Assembly (NCBI GenBank): GCA_965205655.1
Contig: CBDBIJ010000095.1
Span: 1 to 10,667, forward strand
Reading direction: 5' to 3'
DNA from: Candidatus Latescibacterota bacterium
GTDB lineage: Bacteria; Latescibacterota; UBA2968; UBA8231
Length of the DNA stretch: 10,667 bases
Shown here: positions 8,166-10,667 of the stretch, piece by piece
Layout of the letters: every line of letters begins with the position of its first letter
How positions within the stretch are numbered: position 1 is the stretch's first letter
Translations under genes and position numbers: made by a program
The notes under the pieces: generated by a model
Told to the model about the DNA's origin: nothing
Seen by the model: only the letters and a program-made list of their open reading frames with translations
Databases searched by the model: none

Positions 8166-8620
8166 TCTCGACCGAGACCCCCTCGAGCTCCAGCAGAGCT
8201 TTCTTCCACTGCATCCCGGCGGAATATCCGGTGAGCGCCCCCGTCGTGGCGATGACGCGGTGACAGGGATAGATGATCGGCAGCGGATTCTGCCCCACCG
8301 CATTACCCACATGGCGGGCCCGACTCACCGGCAGTTTCAGCCTGAGGGCAAGATCTCCAAACGACTCGTACTGGCCATGGGGAATATCCTTCATGCCCAT
8401 CCACACGCTCCTGTGGAAATCGGTTCCCACGTTCGGCGGCAGGGGCAGGTCGAATTCCGTCTCTTTGCCGGAGAAATAACCGAGGAACCTGGCGATGAGC
8501 TCTTGCCCTTCGGCGTGCGGTGGAAGGAAGCGCCTCACCGTCGTGCGGCGGTCTTCCGGGTCAACGGTCCGATGACGATGTTGATGAGTGTCTCGTCGTG
8601 CCAGCAGAGGCGCACGGTGC

Positions 8621-8628
8621 CGTATTTG
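8621..8628 (+). repeat. Target-site duplication, left copy (CGTATTTG)
   Basis: Identical 8-mer at 10295-10302, immediately flanking the opposite IS end. An 8-bp duplication is typical for IS66. Confidence 0.92.
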
Positions 8629-8644
8629 GTAAGCGTTCAGTCCC
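8629..8644 (+). repeat. Left terminal inverted repeat of the IS
   Basis: GTAAGCGTTCAG-TCCC versus the right IR GTAACCGTTCAGGTCCC: 11/12 identical, then TCCC after a 1-nt gap. Confidence 0.88.
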
Positions 8645-8751
8645 GCACGGTGGGATCAGTGGTTTGAGAAAGAACTGTTCTGTTTTGGCGTTCGCTGGTA
8701 TCCTGGAATCGGTTGGTTGGTCCGCACGTTTCTACGGGTACTGGCGACGCC

Positions 8752-10239
8752 GTGAATCAAGCTCCTCCATCGATCTCGGACAGCGACTGGCGACGCACGC
8801 CACAGGCGGTGCAGGCGCTGGTGGTCAACTTGCTGGATGCCATGGAGCGAGTCGCGCACCTCGAGCAGGTAGTGGAGCAACAGGCCGCGAGGATCGCGTC
8901 GCTGGAAACGGAGTTGGCGCGCCGAAAAGGACGGGGCAGTGGCGGCGCCAGGGCATCGTCGTCGGAGTCGGCCTCTCAAGGCTCGCGTCGCTCCGGCAAG
9001 CGTCGATCTTCGGGTCGGTCGCCGGGAGGTCAGCCGGGTCACGAAGGCCACGGTCGCTCGTTGGTGTCGGTGGAGCAGGTGGACGAGTTGGTGCCGATCA
9101 AGCCGAGCACGTGCCGCCGATGCGGTCAGGCGTTGTGCGGCGACGATCCCCATCCGCTGCGTCACCAGGAGGTCGTGATCCCTCCGGTGCGAGCCCAGGT
9201 CATCGAGTATCAGTTCCATACCTTGCGCTGCCGGCATTGCTACACTCTGACCGAAGCGCCCTGGCCGGAGGGTGTGTCGCGCCGGACCTTCGGGCCCAGT
9301 GTGCAGGCTTGGGTCGGTTTGCTGTCGGGCGTCTACCGCTTGAGCAAGCGCAACCTCGTCGCGCTGCTGTCCGACGCCTTCGGCGTGCACCTGTGTCCGG
9401 GCACGGTCAGCCAGCTGGAACAAGAGGTATCGGCGGCGATCGCCGAGCCCGTCGAAGCCGCGCGGGCTTACGTTCGCCAGCAGCCGACGGTCAACCTCGA
9501 CGAGACCGGCTGGCGGGAGTGTCGCCTCCGGGCTTGGCTGTGGGTGGTGATCACAGCTGGGGTCTCGGTATTCGCCATTCGCCGGAGCCGCGGTCGGGAG
9601 GTCGTCGATGAGTTGCTCGGCGACGACAGCACCGCGATCGTCGGCTCCGATCGCTTCTCGGCCTACGGACATCTACCGCCGGCCCGCCGGCAAGTGTGTT
9701 GGGCCCATCTGCGGCGCACCTTTGAGGACTTCGTGGCGCGCGGCGGCGAGGCGGCCAGTGTCGGTCAGAAACTGCTGGAGTATACGGCGCAGCTGTTTAC
9801 CTGGTGGCATCGAATCCGCGATGGCACCCTGCAACTGTCGAGCTTTCAGGTTTACGTCAGTCGCCATCTGCGCTTCCGGGTTCGTTTCGAACTCTGGTAT
9901 GGGCAGCAGTTCGCCGACGCCAAGACGGCCGCAACCTGCGGCAATCTGCTCGCCATCGAGCCGGCCCTGTGGACCTTCGTGCGCAAGAACGGCGACGTCG
10001 AGCCCACGAACAACGCGGCCGAGCGCGGCCTTCGGCATGGAGTCCTGTGGCGCCTTACCAGCTTCGGCACCCACAGCCCCGACGGAAGCCGCTTCGTCGA
10101 ACGGATGCTTACCGTGCGTGACACGCTGCGCCGACAGGAGCGCCACGTCCTCGACTATCTCACCACGGCTTGTTACGCCCCCCTCTACCACCAGCCAGCT
10201 CCTTCGCTTCTACCCCAAGACACCGCAGTATCGCGGTAA
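8752..10239 (+). CDS. IS66-family DDE transposase (TnpC-like)
   Basis: Uninterrupted ORF. N-terminal DWRRTPQAVQ plus coiled coil, PGGQPGHEGH, zinc finger C-RR-C...C-RH-C, DDE residues in NLDETGW / GSDRFSAY / PTNNAAERGLR, QVCWAHLRR, C-terminal PAPSLLP. GTG 8752 is my preferred start; TTG 8713 is possible. Confidence 0.95.
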   Translation: MNQAPPSISDSDWRRTPQAVQALVVNLLDAMERVAHLEQVVEQQAARIASLETELARRKGRGSGGARASSSESASQGSRRSGKRRSSGRSPGGQPGHEGHGRSLVSVEQVDELVPIKPSTCRRCGQALCGDDPHPLRHQEVVIPPVRAQVIEYQFHTLRCRHCYTLTEAPWPEGVSRRTFGPSVQAWVGLLSGVYRLSKRNLVALLSDAFGVHLCPGTVSQLEQEVSAAIAEPVEAARAYVRQQPTVNLDETGWRECRLRAWLWVVITAGVSVFAIRRSRGREVVDELLGDDSTAIVGSDRFSAYGHLPPARRQVCWAHLRRTFEDFVARGGEAASVGQKLLEYTAQLFTWWHRIRDGTLQLSSFQVYVSRHLRFRVRFELWYGQQFADAKTAATCGNLLAIEPALWTFVRKNGDVEPTNNAAERGLRHGVLWRLTSFGTHSPDGSRFVERMLTVRDTLRRQERHVLDYLTTACYAPLYHQPAPSLLPQDTAVSR

Positions 10240-10277
10240 GCCCACCGGCTTCCTCTCTCTCCTGGCCGCATCACCCA

Positions 10278-10294
10278 GGGACCTGAACGGTTAC
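10278..10294 (-). repeat. Right terminal inverted repeat of the IS
   Basis: GGGACCTGAACGGTTAC on the + strand; its reverse complement matches the left IR. Confidence 0.88.
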
Positions 10295-10302
10295 CGTATT
10301 TG
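10295..10302 (+). repeat. Target-site duplication, right copy (CGTATTTG)
   Basis: Identical to 8621-8628. Confidence 0.92.
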
Positions 10303-10385
10303 TTTGGTAATGACATCGGTCGCCGCCGTCATCGAGTCGCCGGCGGTTTCGTAATGCGTCTGGCCGCGGGGTTGCCTTATATCGC

Positions 10386-10667
10386 TCATGTCACGGCGAC
10401 CCCGCGCTCTTCGGCCTGCGCTACAGTTGTCTCCGGCGCCGCGAGGGATTCTGCCGGTGCTACCCCGAGGTGCGTCTTCAGGCTCTGCGCCAGCTTCATG
10501 CTGAAGCCCTTGACGCCGGCAATCTGCTCGACGTCGGCCTCGATGAGGCGTTGCACAGAGCCGAATTCCTGCAGCAATGCGGTGCGCCGTTTTGGTCCGA
10601 TGCCGGGAATGTCGTCGAGAGCTGACGCCAGGGTGCGCTTGCCCCGGAGTTTGCGGTGGTAGCTGAG
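10386..10667 (-). CDS. uvrC: Excinuclease ABC subunit C, C-terminal part (runs off the window)
   Basis: The frame is open from the window end: LSYHRKLRGKRTLASALDDIPGIGPKRRTALLQEFGSVQRLIEADVEQIAGVKGFSMKLA. This is the UvrC ..YHR.LR.K....S.LD.IPGIGPKRR motif and tandem HhH domain. Confidence 0.93.
   Translation of the reverse strand, partial: LSYHRKLRGKRTLASALDDIPGIGPKRRTALLQEFGSVQRLIEADVEQIAGVKGFSMKLAQSLKTHLGVAPAESLAAPETTVAQAEERGVAVT

Larger units (their letters stand above)
8629..10294 (+). mobile_element. IS66-family insertion sequence, single-ORF ISBst12-like group, 1666 bp, apparently complete
   Basis: Left end GTAAGCGTTCAGTCCC; right end (reverse complement) GTAACCGTTCAGGTCCC. GTAA termini, 8-bp direct repeats, one TnpC-type transposase and no tnpA/tnpB accessory ORFs. 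Confidence 0.93.
8137..10389 (-). pseudogene. ogt: Methylated-DNA--protein-cysteine methyltransferase (Ogt/MGMT), interrupted by the IS66-family element
   Basis: The 3' part (8137-8628) has GTDFHRSVW..IPHG, ARHVGNAVGQNPLPIIYPCHRVI (active-site PCHRV), LTGYSAG..WKKALLELE. The 5' part begins at ATG 10389, overlapping the uvrC stop (ATGA), and reads MSDIRQPRGQTHYETAGDSMTAATDVITK. As inserted, it terminates at TAA 10291-10293 inside the IS end. Confidence 0.9.

Noticed and set aside
8166..8312. 49-aa N-terminal extension of the recombinase in the ORF track
   Set aside because: It lies wholly within the conserved ogt coding region in another frame. ATG 8165 gives a normal Xer length.
85..8667. 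Numerous long + strand ORFs (e.g. 85-1182, 1828-2607, 2532-3179, 6405-7115, 7521-8150)
   Set aside because: All lie antisense to well-identified minus-strand genes and have no family motifs; expected in high-GC DNA.
8671..8704. Palindrome AGAACTGTTCT and GTTC repeats as a LexA box; TGGTATCCT as an extended -10 for the transposase
   Set aside because: The spacing fits neither GAAC-N4-GTTC nor GTTC-N7-GTTC. The promoter guess lacks a convincing -35 and is too weak to call.
8656..10191. Two long back-to-back antisense ORFs in the IS (338 aa and 172 aa), in the same frame as the ogt 3' fragment
   Set aside because: They are in exact codon-antiparallel register with the transposase, the usual shadow of a GC-rich gene. 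They show no recognisable motifs, and TGA at 8656-8658 blocks fusion to ogt.
7242..10294. Recombinase plus transposase as an integrative element or genomic island
   Set aside because: The recombinase is Xer-like and embedded among housekeeping genes. I found no att repeats, tRNA, cargo or dif-like site. The IS is an independent insertion with its own TSD.
1..10667. CRISPR arrays, tRNA/rRNA, riboswitches or other ncRNA
   Set aside because: I saw no spaced direct repeats, and intergenic gaps outside the IS are too short (about 40 nt or less) to hold such elements.

Overview
GC-rich chromosomal housekeeping region from a diderm bacterium. The PorV-like barrel and the tatA-gatA adjacency suggest an FCB-superphylum lineage (inference). 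One tightly packed minus-strand run of 12 genes: uvrC (3' part), ogt, xerD-like recombinase, ecfT, truA, htrA/degP-like protease, psd, pssA, DUF4321-like membrane protein, tatA, gatA and a PorV/UPF0164-like outer-membrane protein. The run converges, at a perfect 15-bp hairpin, on the 3' end of a probable pcm gene on the + strand. ogt is split by a complete 1666-bp single-ORF IS66-family element (ISBst12-like; 8629-10294) with terminal IRs and a perfect 8-bp target duplication CGTATTTG. The most unusual observations are: (i) a +4/-1 pair of mutually compensating frameshifts in ogt around the insertion site; (ii) a XerD-like protein with two catalytic substitutions and no normal C-terminal tail; (iii) an ecfT without neighbouring ATPase genes. 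I see no convincing evidence of a wholly new multi-gene system.
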